Source: Microgenomates group bacterium
Lineage (GTDB): Bacteria; Patescibacteriota; Microgenomatia; Daviesbacterales; UBA10151
DNA: 64,000 bases
Direction: 5' to 3'
NCBI GenBank assembly: GCA_041659805.1
Contig: JBAZXP010000001.1
Coordinates: forward strand, 640,589 to 704,588
Every line of letters starts with the position of its first letter. Positions within the stretch are counted from its first letter, which is position 1. Of the stretch, positions 10,675-20,716 are shown piece after piece. The notes below the pieces were generated by a model, which saw only the letters and a list, made by a program, of their open reading frames with translations, made no database searches and was not told the DNA's origin. The translations under genes and the position numbers were made by a program.

Positions 10675-10748
10675 TGGAGCGGGATACCAGAATCGAACTG
10701 GCTTCTCTACCTTGGGAAGGTAGCATACTACCGGTATACGAATCCCGC
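10675..10748 (-). tRNA. tRNA-Gly(CCC)
   Basis: GCGGGAT..CTACC TT CCC AA GGTAG..GCCAG TTCGATT CTGGT ATCCCGC T CCA. Confidence 0.95.
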
Positions 10749-10788
10749 GCCAATGTTACACATGAGAATTATATCACTCGTGTATAAA

Positions 10789-11481
10789 TCAGCGTGGGAT
10801 TTTTAATACTGTTCCTACTTCGATTGCGTTTGGATTGGCAATATTGTTAGCTTCAGCAATTTTATTAAATTGCATAATGTCACCATATGCTCTTCCTGCA
10901 ATTGTTGATAACCAGTCACCCTTGACTACTGTGTAAGTATCACCATTAATTTTTTCACCCCAGATGGTTTGATTTTCTGCTCCACCTGTTCCTAAGTCTC
11001 CTCCTTTTTCAGTTGAGGGTGCTATGGTTGGTGTTATAGTTACTTCTGCAATTGCTTGTTCAATTTTAGGAATCTCCAAAACTTGTCCTTCTTCAATTGT
11101 ATTTGCGTCGGGTAGGTTATTGGCTTTAACTATTTCAGTATATTTATATCCATCTGTATAATATTTTTGAGCTATCAAAAATAATGTATCACCGTCTTTA
11201 ACTGTGTATTTACCAGGTAAATTTTCAGGTGAAACATCAGTTTGCGTTTCTGCGCTTATTTGATCGGAAGGACCTAAACTGGGTTTGCTGGATTTAAAAT
11301 AATTAAATACTAAAATTCCGGCAATCAATACGATCAGAAGTCCCAGAACCAGGCTTAAATAAGATTGATCTATTTTTAGCTGTTCCTGAAGTTGTTGGAA
11401 TAAAGATTGTTCAGCCACTGCATTTTTTATAGCAGCTTGTTTGACAGTCTTTCTGACTGTTGTTTTTTTAGTTCTTGGCAT
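10789..11481 (-). CDS. Membrane-anchored protein with two LysM domains
   Basis: TM, then YTVKDGDTLFLIAQKYY and YTVVKGDWLSTIAGRAYG; strong SD AGGAGGTGA. Confidence 0.92.
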   Translation of the reverse strand: MPRTKKTTVRKTVKQAAIKNAVAEQSLFQQLQEQLKIDQSYLSLVLGLLIVLIAGILVFNYFKSSKPSLGPSDQISAETQTDVSPENLPGKYTVKDGDTLFLIAQKYYTDGYKYTEIVKANNLPDANTIEEGQVLEIPKIEQAIAEVTITPTIAPSTEKGGDLGTGGAENQTIWGEKINGDTYTVVKGDWLSTIAGRAYGDIMQFNKIAEANNIANPNAIEVGTVLKIPR

Positions 11482-11585
11482 TTAATTCACCTCCTTTTGT
11501 TGGTGGGCAGAATATTTAGGCAGAAGCATTAATTTGATCAGAAAAATTTATGTTGATTTATATTTAAAGGATTCTGAAATGTTTG

Positions 11586-11921
11586 TCAAGAGCGTTTAGC
11601 TCTTTTAACCACAATTGAGTAACTTTCAGGGTCTAACAGTTGTATAGATGCGTCGAAACCCTTCTTTTTATCTATCCATATGGGATATCCCCAGGGAGTT
11701 GTCTGTATAGATAAATATCTTTCCAGTCCTAACCCAGAGAGTAAAAGAGTTGCAGTATTATATATATATTGGGTTCTGTCTTTGGACGGATGCTCTTTTT
11801 CCAACCATAGGATATTTGATATTTCATCCCAGCTATTTTTGGGTACAATAATTTGTTTTTCCCATCCAAATCTGAATTTTAAGTTTTCAACGGTGCCGTC
11901 GAACATTTCTTTAAATTCCAT
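11586..11921 (-). CDS. Hypothetical protein
   Basis: 111-aa ATG-start ORF filling the gap; no motif. Confidence 0.55.
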   Translation of the reverse strand: MEFKEMFDGTVENLKFRFGWEKQIIVPKNSWDEISNILWLEKEHPSKDRTQYIYNTATLLLSGLGLERYLSIQTTPWGYPIWIDKKKGFDASIQLLDPESYSIVVKRAKRS

Positions 11922-12075
11922 AGTTGTATTTTAGAGGGGAATAATAATATGTCAAATCTAGATTATCTTACGGGCTTAAAGCAAAAAATCAGGGAGTACT
12001 ATGTGGAAGTATTATGAATCAATATAAAGTGTTAAATAATTTACAAATTTTTGTCTAAATTGTTATAGTTAGGTT

Positions 12076-12465
12076 ATGGATAATCTGACAACCCCAAATT
12101 CGGATGCAGTTTTTTATGAAGATGATAAGGTTTATGCTTGTTTAGCAAGTTTTCCAATTGCAAAAGGTCATTCTATTGTAGTTTGGAAAAAACCAGTAAC
12201 AGATCTACACTTGTTATCAAGAGAAGATTATGAATATTTAATGAATATAGTTGATAAGACTAGAGATGCTTTAATGAAGGTTATGAAAGTAGATAAAGTA
12301 TATTTAATGTACATGGATGAGATCAAACATGTACATTGGCATTTAATTCCCAGACATAATTTAATTGGATTTAATTTGTTAAAACACAAGCCTAAAAAAC
12401 TCAATAGTTTTAATCTTGTTAAGAAATTAACTAGTATGAATGAATTAGCGAATAACAATAGGTAG
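12076..12465 (+). CDS. HIT family nucleotide hydrolase
   Basis: PIAKGHSIV and HVHWHLIPR histidine triad. Confidence 0.9.
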   Translation: MDNLTTPNSDAVFYEDDKVYACLASFPIAKGHSIVVWKKPVTDLHLLSREDYEYLMNIVDKTRDALMKVMKVDKVYLMYMDEIKHVHWHLIPRHNLIGFNLLKHKPKKLNSFNLVKKLTSMNELANNNR

Positions 12466-12867
12466 AATTTTTCTTTTATCGATAGGCAATCTTAATCGTC
12501 TACTAATTTCTTGTAGCTCTGCTTTTAACGATTCAGCACCTAATTCCATTACATCTGCAGAGAAGTCTTCTCCACCACCGGACATTTGATCAAAAGATAT
12601 TAAAGAAAAGCTCAAAATAGTTCCTGTAGTGCTTAGTTCTCTTCTTAAAATTTCAATTTGATGGTAAATAGAAGCACCCATCTCAGGAGTTTCCCCTTTT
12701 ATCACTACTTGTCTACTAGTGTAACCTTGACTAATTAATTCTTGTAGGGTTTTAGATGCTAAGCGATCTATTTTTAAATACACGTTATTATCCAAAAATT
12801 TAATTTCTTCGTCTATCTCTATTTTAAATTGTTCAAATTTATATGGTTCAACATCCGGTTGACTCAT
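12445..12867 (-). CDS. Hypothetical protein
   Basis: 140-aa ORF downstream of tRNA-Asp. Confidence 0.6.
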   Translation of the reverse strand: MSQPDVEPYKFEQFKIEIDEEIKFLDNNVYLKIDRLASKTLQELISQGYTSRQVVIKGETPEMGASIYHQIEILRRELSTTGTILSFSLISFDQMSGGGEDFSADVMELGAESLKAELQEISRRLRLPIDKRKILPIVIR

Positions 12868-12923
12868 TAATAAATTTATACTTAAATATTATAGGTTATT
12901 CAAGAAGTAAAGTCCTTATTAAG

Positions 12924-12996
12924 CGGGACCGACGGGATTCGAACCCGCAACCTCTTCCGTGACAGGGAAGCGCTCTAACCATTGAGCTACGGCCCC
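12924..12996 (-). tRNA. tRNA-Asp(GTC)
   Basis: GGGGCCG..CTTCC CT GTC AC GGAAG..GCGGG TTCGAAT CCCGT CGGTCCC G; CCA not encoded. Confidence 0.95.
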
Positions 12997-13100
12997 AAGA
13001 CTGTGATATTGTATCAGAGCCTAGCCACACGGTCAATTAATATATAGCTATTATATCTTATAGTTTGAATTAGAAGTTTATTCTTGTTATAATTCCCCTT

Positions 13101-13388
13101 ATGACAAAAGAGATGGATCGTTCAGAAATGGCGGAATATTGTGCAAATAATTCCGAAGCGCCGTTAATTCATATCGGCAATAAGATGTTTGGGTGGAGAT
13201 CATTTTTCCTGGATTCTGTTGAACAGAGACGTCTGATTATTCTTGAAGCCAATCTGCCTGATAACGGGTCACAAAATATTAAGGAATTTAAATATATATC
13301 AAAAATTACCGGCATGAATATTGATGAAATAGAATGTTTTCAAAGACGGAGCAATGTTTTAATCGTTGTACCGATTGTTTATATATAA
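13101..13388 (+). CDS. Hypothetical protein
   Basis: 95 aa; TGnTATAAT immediately upstream. Confidence 0.55.
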   Translation: MTKEMDRSEMAEYCANNSEAPLIHIGNKMFGWRSFFLDSVEQRRLIILEANLPDNGSQNIKEFKYISKITGMNIDEIECFQRRSNVLIVVPIVYI

Positions 13389-13430
13389 AATTGATCTAAA
13401 AGTTATATCATTTGTGTTATATTATTCCTA

Positions 13431-15170
13431 ATGGATTTTAGTAATGCTAAAGTTGCACATTTACTCCGTGATGTAGCCACGGCTTATACTCTCAAAAAAG
13501 GGAATTCTTTTCAAATTAAAGCATATGAATCTGTTGCTGATGCTATAGAACATTCCACTTCTGAGGTTCATGATTTATGGCAGGATAATCAGTTAGACCA
13601 AATTCCAGGTATCGGAGAAAGTTTAAAAGGCCATCTGGATGAATTATTTAAAACAGGAAAAGTTAAGCATTGGATTGACGCAAAAAAAGGTGTACCTCCG
13701 GCTGTATTTAGTTTTCTGGACATCCCGGGAGTAGGTCCTCAGACAGCCTTGAAGCTGGCTAAAGCAGGCGTTAAAGATCTGCACGACCTTGAGAATAAGA
13801 TAAAAACAGATGAGCTAATAAAGCATGGTTTTTCTTCAAAATTTATTGAGCGGTTAAAAACCGGTTTTCTGGAATCACAAACCTTAAAAACAGGGAGGAT
13901 GTTATTGCCTTATGCTTTTGCACAAGCAGAAAAAATTCTTGATTATCTAAAACAGGATAAAAGTATAGAAAAAGTAGACGCATTGGGGTCTCTTCGAAGG
14001 ATGGTTGCAACAATCGGAGACTTAGATTTTGCAATTGCCTCAAATAACCCTGCAGAAGCTTTAAAACATATCCTTTCTATGCCCGGAATAACAGAAGTAG
14101 TAGAAAAAGGGGAGACAAAAGCAACACTGGTAATCTCTTCCGGGTTACATGTTGATTTTTTAATAGCTGATTCAAAATCATATGGTGCTTTACTCCAACA
14201 TTTTACCGGTTCAAAAATGCATAATATTCATTTAAGAAAAATTGCAAATGATAAAGGTTATTCGCTATCAGAAGATGGTGTTAAAAGAATTAAAAGCGGT
14301 GAAGTGATTAAGTGCGACAAAGAAGAAGCTCTATACAATATTTTGGGAATGCAGACACCTATACCCGAAATCAGAGAGGATACAGGGGAAATAGAATCAG
14401 CTTTGGAGCATAAACTACCGAGTTTTATTGACCTAGAGGATATAAAGGGAGATTTACATATTCATTCAAGTTTTAATATTGAGCCCTCTCATGATCTTGG
14501 CGTTAGCAGCTTTGAGCAAATAATAAACAAAGGGAAGAGCTTGGGTTATGACTATATTGGTATGTCAGAACATCAACCCTCAAAATCAAATCATACACCT
14601 GAGCAGATGATTGAACTTATCCAGAAAAAGAAAAAGATTATTGAACAAATTAATTACTCAGACAAAAGTGTTCGAGTACTAAATTTACTCGAATTAGATA
14701 TTATGCCTGATGGATCTTTGTCTGTGCCAGATGAAGCGCTTAAATTATTAGATTTTGGAATTGCAGGTGTTCATTCTTCACATCACCAACCAAAGGATGA
14801 AATGACCAAAAGATTAGTTAAGATTTTAGAGAACCCTTTCGTGAAAGTTTTAACCCATCCAACCGGAAGACTGATTAATGAAAGAGAAGCGTCTGATGCA
14901 GACTGGGATGAAGTTTTTAAAACTGCAGCAAAGCATATGAAAGCTTTAGAAATTAGTGCATATCCGAATAGACTAGATTTGTCGGATCAATTAGTGCGAA
15001 AAGCAAAGACATATGGAGTAAAATTTGTAATTAATACTGACTCTCATGAAGTGTCTCAAATGGAAATGATGGTTTTTGGAGTTTCTGTTGCCAGACGCGG
15101 GTGGCTTACGAAAGAAGACGTAATTAATTCATGGGACTGGAAAAAGTTTGCAAGCTGGCTTGGAATTTAA
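13431..15170 (+). CDS. polX: DNA polymerase X with PHP domain
   Basis: HhH IPGIG/IPGVG, GSLRR..TIGDLD, HFTGSKMHN, GDLHIHS, THPTGR, INTDSH. Confidence 0.95.
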   Translation: MDFSNAKVAHLLRDVATAYTLKKGNSFQIKAYESVADAIEHSTSEVHDLWQDNQLDQIPGIGESLKGHLDELFKTGKVKHWIDAKKGVPPAVFSFLDIPGVGPQTALKLAKAGVKDLHDLENKIKTDELIKHGFSSKFIERLKTGFLESQTLKTGRMLLPYAFAQAEKILDYLKQDKSIEKVDALGSLRRMVATIGDLDFAIASNNPAEALKHILSMPGITEVVEKGETKATLVISSGLHVDFLIADSKSYGALLQHFTGSKMHNIHLRKIANDKGYSLSEDGVKRIKSGEVIKCDKEEALYNILGMQTPIPEIREDTGEIESALEHKLPSFIDLEDIKGDLHIHSSFNIEPSHDLGVSSFEQIINKGKSLGYDYIGMSEHQPSKSNHTPEQMIELIQKKKKIIEQINYSDKSVRVLNLLELDIMPDGSLSVPDEALKLLDFGIAGVHSSHHQPKDEMTKRLVKILENPFVKVLTHPTGRLINEREASDADWDEVFKTAAKHMKALEISAYPNRLDLSDQLVRKAKTYGVKFVINTDSHEVSQMEMMVFGVSVARRGWLTKEDVINSWDWKKFASWLGI

Positions 15171-15209
15171 ACACTTGCAAAAAGCAAATGCTTTAGTTAG
15201 GATTTAGAT

Positions 15210-15761
15210 ATGTATTTCTTTTTAATTCTTGGACTTATATTAATAGCTGCTCTTGGTTGGTTGTTTTTATCTTACAACCATTTGGTTACACTCCGAAATC
15301 GTGTTCGTGAAGCTTGGTCCCAAATAGATGTTCAACTCAAAAGAAGATCATCCTTAATTCCTAATTTAGTAGAGGTGGTAAAAGGCTATGCCAAACATGA
15401 AAAAGAAGTTTTTGAAAATGTAACAAAAGCCAGAAGCGCTTTGATGCAGGCCAAAGGTCCGACAGACACAGCTGCTGCAAGCAATCAAATGTCTAGTGCT
15501 TTAAAAACTTTATTTGCAGTTGCGGAGAATTATCCTGACCTTAAAGCCTCTGAAAATTTTAAAACCTTACAAACTGAAATTTCTGATACTGAAACAAAAG
15601 TTGCTGCTTCCAGGCAGTTTTATAATACTAATGTATTGGATTATAATAATTCCCTTGAAGTTATGCCAACAGCTTTAATTGCTAATATGCTGCATTTCCA
15701 AAAATCAGATTTTTTCCAGGCCACAGAGGCTGAGAAAAAAGACGTAGAAGTTAAGATGTAG
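15210..15761 (+). CDS. lemA: LemA family protein
   Basis: [38 protein letters not shown]. Confidence 0.95.
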   Translation: MYFFLILGLILIAALGWLFLSYNHLVTLRNRVREAWSQIDVQLKRRSSLIPNLVEVVKGYAKHEKEVFENVTKARSALMQAKGPTDTAAASNQMSSALKTLFAVAENYPDLKASENFKTLQTEISDTETKVAASRQFYNTNVLDYNNSLEVMPTALIANMLHFQKSDFFQATEAEKKDVEVKM

Positions 15762-15786
15762 TTTGTTTTTGTGTTAAAATTACTCC

Positions 15787-16710
15787 ATGGCTGTTGTTAA
15801 TACCGCTTGGGATCAGGTTTCAGGAAATATCTTTAAAACATATGTAATTATGTTTTTGTTCTCCCTTTTTACTATTGCAGTAGTTTATGTGATTGCAATG
15901 GGGTTTGGTTATGGACAAGTTGGTGGATTAGGAATTGTTGGTTTTGCCTTAGTCGCTGCAGGGATTATGAATTTTGTTTCATACTTTTGGTCTGATCAAA
16001 TAGTACTTGGTATATCTGGGGCAAAACTCGTAGAACATGATAAAAATCCCGAAATATACCATCTGGTTGAAAATCTTTGTATTGCAGGAGGGCTTCCTGT
16101 TCCTAAAATTTATACCATAGATGATAGTGCTCCCAATGCTTTTGCTACAGGCAGAGATAAAAATCATGCAGCTATTGCCTTAACCATGGGAATTTTGGAT
16201 AAGTTAAATAAACAAGAGCTGGAGGGAGTGATCGCTCATGAACTTTCACATATAGGTAATAGGGACACATTGCTTATGGCAGTGGTAGCAATTCTGGTAG
16301 GGTCAATCGCCCTACTTTCTGATTTTTTTCTAAGATCAATGTGGTTTGGAGGAGATCGCGATCGGGATAACAATAATATTCTGTTTGTAATTTTGGCAAT
16401 TGCGGCAGCTATTTTAGCACCGATTATTGCAACCCTAATTCAGCTAGCAGTATCCAGGAGACGGGAGTTTTTGGCAGATGCGTCTGCAGTATTATTAACC
16501 CGATATCCGGAAGGGCTTGCAAATGCTCTGCAAAAGATTTCAGCAGACAAAGAACCTCTAGAAGTAGCAAACCGTGGTACGGCACACCTTTACATAACCA
16601 ATCCTTTAAAGGGTAAAGAAGCAACAAGTTGGTTTGTTGGGCTATTTAATACTCATCCGCCGATTGAAGCCCGTCTTAAAGCTCTACGCGAAATGGCTGG
16701 GCAGGTTTAA
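15787..16710 (+). CDS. htpX: M48 zinc metalloprotease HtpX
   Basis: PNAFATG, AHELSH, SRRREFLAD, THPP; follows lemA. Confidence 0.95.
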   Translation: MAVVNTAWDQVSGNIFKTYVIMFLFSLFTIAVVYVIAMGFGYGQVGGLGIVGFALVAAGIMNFVSYFWSDQIVLGISGAKLVEHDKNPEIYHLVENLCIAGGLPVPKIYTIDDSAPNAFATGRDKNHAAIALTMGILDKLNKQELEGVIAHELSHIGNRDTLLMAVVAILVGSIALLSDFFLRSMWFGGDRDRDNNNILFVILAIAAAILAPIIATLIQLAVSRRREFLADASAVLLTRYPEGLANALQKISADKEPLEVANRGTAHLYITNPLKGKEATSWFVGLFNTHPPIEARLKALREMAGQV

Positions 16711-16743
16711 CCTTTTTGCCTCAAATTAAAGTATAATTCCATT

Positions 16744-17691
16744 ATGCTGATTGATGAAGTTGATATTGTTATAAGAGGGGGACACGGAGGAGCTGGAAAG
16801 GTTTCTTTTTTCCCTGGGCATTATGGCGGACCTGATGGGGGAAACGGAGGGAAAGGCGGAGATGTTTACATCAGAACTGTTTCCGACTTAACTGCATTGA
16901 ATCAATTTTCCAGAAAAAAAATAGTTGAGGGGAAAAACGGTAACCCTGGTGGAAGTAATGTAAAATCAGGCTTAAATGCTGAAGATATAGAAATTATTAT
17001 GCCTGTTGGGGTAACAATGACCAATAAAGAAACAGGTGAGGAGATTAATCTAACTGAAGTTGATCAAAGAATTTTAATTGCTAAAGGTGGTTTGGGAGGA
17101 AAAGGAAATACAGAGTTTAAATCTTCACTTAGAACTACTCCAAAGTTTGCGCAACCAGGTTTAGCTGGTGAGGAATTTTTCTTTAAAGTTAATTTAAAAT
17201 TAATAGCAGATTTCGGGTTGATCGGATTACCGAATGCAGGTAAAAGCAGTTTGCTAAATGAACTAACAAAGGCTAATGTAAAAACTGCAAACTATCCTTT
17301 CACAACTTTGGAACCTAATTTAGGTGTTATGAATACAAAGATTTTAGCTGATATTCCTGGACTTATTGAAGGAGCATCTGAGGGAAAAGGGTTAGGAACC
17401 AGGTTTTTAAAACATATTGAAAAGGTAAACTTATTACTTCATTGTATAACTGCAGAATCAGAAAATTCTATTGAAGATTATAAAGTTGTCAAATCTGAAA
17501 TGGAAAAATTTAATCCTGAGATATTAAAGAAAAAAGAAATAATATTGCTTACCAAAACAGATTTGGTAAATAAGAAGGAACTCTCTGAAAAGTTAAAAAC
17601 ATTAAAAAAGTTAAAGAAAGAAATTCTACCGGTTTCAATTCATGATTGGGATAGTTTAGAAGCTTTAAAAGAATATTTGAAAACTGTATAA
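16744..17691 (+). CDS. obgE: GTPase Obg (no C-terminal extension)
   Basis: Gly-rich Obg fold, GLPNAGKS, YPFTT, DIPG, TKTD. Confidence 0.95.
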   Translation: MLIDEVDIVIRGGHGGAGKVSFFPGHYGGPDGGNGGKGGDVYIRTVSDLTALNQFSRKKIVEGKNGNPGGSNVKSGLNAEDIEIIMPVGVTMTNKETGEEINLTEVDQRILIAKGGLGGKGNTEFKSSLRTTPKFAQPGLAGEEFFFKVNLKLIADFGLIGLPNAGKSSLLNELTKANVKTANYPFTTLEPNLGVMNTKILADIPGLIEGASEGKGLGTRFLKHIEKVNLLLHCITAESENSIEDYKVVKSEMEKFNPEILKKKEIILLTKTDLVNKKELSEKLKTLKKLKKEILPVSIHDWDSLEALKEYLKTV

Positions 17692-17698
17692 TTCTGCT

Positions 17699-17992
17699 AT
17701 GAAGCTTTCCAAAGATCAGGTAAAAAAAGTGGCTAAACTTGCCAATCTTTCTTTAACACAAGACGAAGAAGACAAATACGCAGAACAGCTATCCGCGATA
17801 CTCGATTATATTGATCAGTTAAATTCAGCAAAGATTCAAAATGCAGAACCCACATTTAATGTTACAGATTTGAGTAATGTTTTAGCTGAAGATGAAGTTA
17901 AACCGAGTTTAACACAAGACGAAGCCTTGAAAAATGCACCACTTTCTAAAAATGGATTCTTTGAAACCAAAGGAGTTTTTGAAAATGAATGA
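17699..17992 (+). CDS. gatC: Asp/Glu-tRNA amidotransferase subunit C
   Basis: [25 protein letters not shown]; precedes gatA. Confidence 0.93.
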   Translation: MKLSKDQVKKVAKLANLSLTQDEEDKYAEQLSAILDYIDQLNSAKIQNAEPTFNVTDLSNVLAEDEVKPSLTQDEALKNAPLSKNGFFETKGVFENE

Positions 17993-19337
17993 TATAACCA
18001 AATTAAGTTTGTTGGATACTCTGAAAGCCTTGGAGGAAAACAAGTTTTCCAAAGCAGAATTAAATGAAGCATATTTACAAAGAATTAAGGAATTAAATCC
18101 AAAATTAAATGCTTATTTGAAAGTTGTGGAAGATTTACAAGGCATACCGGTCGCCATAAAGGATATAATTTGTACTCAAAATATCGAAACAACTGCGGGA
18201 TCTAAAATACTGAGTAATTTTATTCCCCAATATAATGCTACAGTAGTAAACAAGCTTTTAGAACAAGGTATGGGAATAATCGGAAAAGCAAATATGGATG
18301 AATTTGCCATGGGCTCTTCTGGTGAAAATTCAGCATATGGCGTAACTAAAAATCCATGGGACTTAAATAAAGTTCCTGGTGGTTCTTCTTCTGGTTCTGC
18401 AGCCGCTGTGGCAGCTGACCTTTGTGTTTTTGCACTTGGAACAGATACCGGGGGTTCAATCAGACAGCCCGCATCATTATGTGGGGTTGTTGGGTTAAAA
18501 CCAAGTTATGGTAGAGTTTCAAGGTATGGAGCAATGGCGATGGCCTCATCGTTCGATCAGATTGGCCCGATTACAAAAACAGTAGGGGACGCCAGAAAAG
18601 TTTTGGAGTGGATTTCAGGACCGGATGGTTTTGATAGCAACTGCAATGAAGATAGATTTAAGAGTAAAGATTTAAGATTTAAGAATGATTTAAAAGGATT
18701 TCGGGTGGGTGTGCCGAAGGAATATTTTGGTAAAGGATTAGATTCAGGGGTAGAAAAAGTTATCAGGAAAGCAATTTCTAAATTAGAAGAATTGGGATCA
18801 GAAATTATTGAGGTAAGCTTACCTCATACACAGTACGCAGTAGCAGTATATTATGTTTTGATGGCATCAGAAGTTTCATCAAACCAAGCCCGATTTGACG
18901 GAATAAGATTTGGTTCAAAAAGAGAAGATTTTGGAGAAGAAGTAAAGCGAAGAATAATGCTGGGGACCTTTGCCCTGTCTACCGGTTATTATGATGATTA
19001 TTTTGCTAAGGCTGCCAAAGTCAGGAATCTGATGAAACAGGATTTTGAAAAGGCATTTGAAAAATGTGACGTTATAGTGGGTCCTGTTTCTCCGACAGTT
19101 GCCTGGAATTTGGGAGAGAAAATGAAAGATCCACTAACTATGTATTTATCTGATATTTATACTATTTCTGTAAATTTAGCAGGAATTCCGGGGCTTTCTG
19201 TTCCTTGTGGATTTTCAGAAGGTTTGCCTGTGGGACTTCAGGTTTTAGGAAAATATATGGATGAGGAAACTATATTAAATGTTGGTGAAGTTTATGAGCA
19301 AAATACTAATTGGCATGAGGAGAAACCTAAGTTATGA
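17985..19337 (+). CDS. gatA: Asp/Glu-tRNA amidotransferase subunit A
   Basis: [32 protein letters not shown]; start moved to ATG 17985. Confidence 0.97.
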   Translation: MNDITKLSLLDTLKALEENKFSKAELNEAYLQRIKELNPKLNAYLKVVEDLQGIPVAIKDIICTQNIETTAGSKILSNFIPQYNATVVNKLLEQGMGIIGKANMDEFAMGSSGENSAYGVTKNPWDLNKVPGGSSSGSAAAVAADLCVFALGTDTGGSIRQPASLCGVVGLKPSYGRVSRYGAMAMASSFDQIGPITKTVGDARKVLEWISGPDGFDSNCNEDRFKSKDLRFKNDLKGFRVGVPKEYFGKGLDSGVEKVIRKAISKLEELGSEIIEVSLPHTQYAVAVYYVLMASEVSSNQARFDGIRFGSKREDFGEEVKRRIMLGTFALSTGYYDDYFAKAAKVRNLMKQDFEKAFEKCDVIVGPVSPTVAWNLGEKMKDPLTMYLSDIYTISVNLAGIPGLSVPCGFSEGLPVGLQVLGKYMDEETILNVGEVYEQNTNWHEEKPKL

Positions 19338-20656
19338 AATATGAACCTGTAATTGGTTTGGAAGTTCATGTAGAGTTGAACACTAAAAGTAAAATGTTTT
19401 GCAGGTGTTCTGCAGATTATTTTGGTGCAAAACCTAATACTCACACTTGTCCTGTTTGTTTAGGTTTACCTGGTGCACTCCCCTTCGCCAATAAACAGGC
19501 GATAGAAGATTGTATGAAGATAGGTCTTGCCTTAAATTGTGAAGTCTCTGAAATTTCCAGATTTGAAAGAAAAAATTATTTTTATCCAGACCTTGCCAAA
19601 GGCTATCAGATTTCCCAATACCGTTGGCCACTTACTATAAATGGTTGGTTGGAAGTCGAAAACCAACAAGGGGAAATAGTAACAATCAGAATTAATCGTG
19701 CACATCAGGAAGAAGATACTGGAAAACTAACACATCAAGATGGCGTAACTTTAATCGATTACAACCGTTCCAGCGTTCCTCTGGTTGAAGTAGTGACTGA
19801 GCCTGATTTTCATGATACCTCAGAAGTCCGGGATTACGCGAAAAAACTCCAGCAGCTGTTCAGATATTTAGGAGTATCCAATGCAGATATGGAGCGGGGA
19901 GATATGAGACTGGAAGCAAATGTCAGTGTTCGCCCTGAGGGTACAAAAGAATTACCAAATTACAGGGTGGAATTAAAAAACATTAACTCTTTTAGATTTA
20001 TGGTGGCTGCAATTGAATATGAAATAAAAAGACAAATTGAAGCCTTGGAAAAAGGAGAAAAGTTAAATCAGGAAACCAGAGGCTGGGATGAAGATAAAAA
20101 ACAAACCTTTGTCCAAAGGTCAAAAGAAGAAGCAAACGATTACAGATATTTCCCTGACCCTGATTTACCCTTAATAGAATTTACAATTCCGGAAGTGGAT
20201 AAAATTAAAAGTGAATTACCAGAACTTCCCTGGCAAAAACTGGAAAGATTTATAGAAGATTATGAGATTTCAAACAGCAATGCCAAAATCTTAACAGAAG
20301 ACAGGAAAACAGCAGATCTTTTTGAGGAAGCTGTGAAATTAGGTTTAGAAAAACAAATCAAACCACAACAAATTGCTAATCTTGTAGTAAACCAAAAGAT
20401 CAAATTAGCCTCGCAAGAGGACGTCTTGCAGATACTGGAAAATATTGCTGATAAAAAAGTGGATTTAATAGAAGATGAAGGGGAACTGGAAAAATTAGCT
20501 AAAGAGGCTACAGAAGAAAATCAGGCTTCAGTTGATGCTTATAAATCAGGTAAGAAAGGAGCCTTAAATGTTTTATTAGGCTCAGTGATGAAAAAATCTA
20601 AAGGTAAAGCAAATACAGATAAAATCCGCTCTATTTTGGAAGAAAAATTGAAGTGA
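19334..20656 (+). CDS. gatB: Asp/Glu-tRNA amidotransferase subunit B
   Basis: [37 protein letters not shown]. Confidence 0.97.
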   Translation: MKYEPVIGLEVHVELNTKSKMFCRCSADYFGAKPNTHTCPVCLGLPGALPFANKQAIEDCMKIGLALNCEVSEISRFERKNYFYPDLAKGYQISQYRWPLTINGWLEVENQQGEIVTIRINRAHQEEDTGKLTHQDGVTLIDYNRSSVPLVEVVTEPDFHDTSEVRDYAKKLQQLFRYLGVSNADMERGDMRLEANVSVRPEGTKELPNYRVELKNINSFRFMVAAIEYEIKRQIEALEKGEKLNQETRGWDEDKKQTFVQRSKEEANDYRYFPDPDLPLIEFTIPEVDKIKSELPELPWQKLERFIEDYEISNSNAKILTEDRKTADLFEEAVKLGLEKQIKPQQIANLVVNQKIKLASQEDVLQILENIADKKVDLIEDEGELEKLAKEATEENQASVDAYKSGKKGALNVLLGSVMKKSKGKANTDKIRSILEEKLK

Positions 20657-20716
20657 AAATACCACTTGAAATAGGTATCCACTCGACTGTTAAAATGGGT
20701 ACGGTTAAAATTTCTT

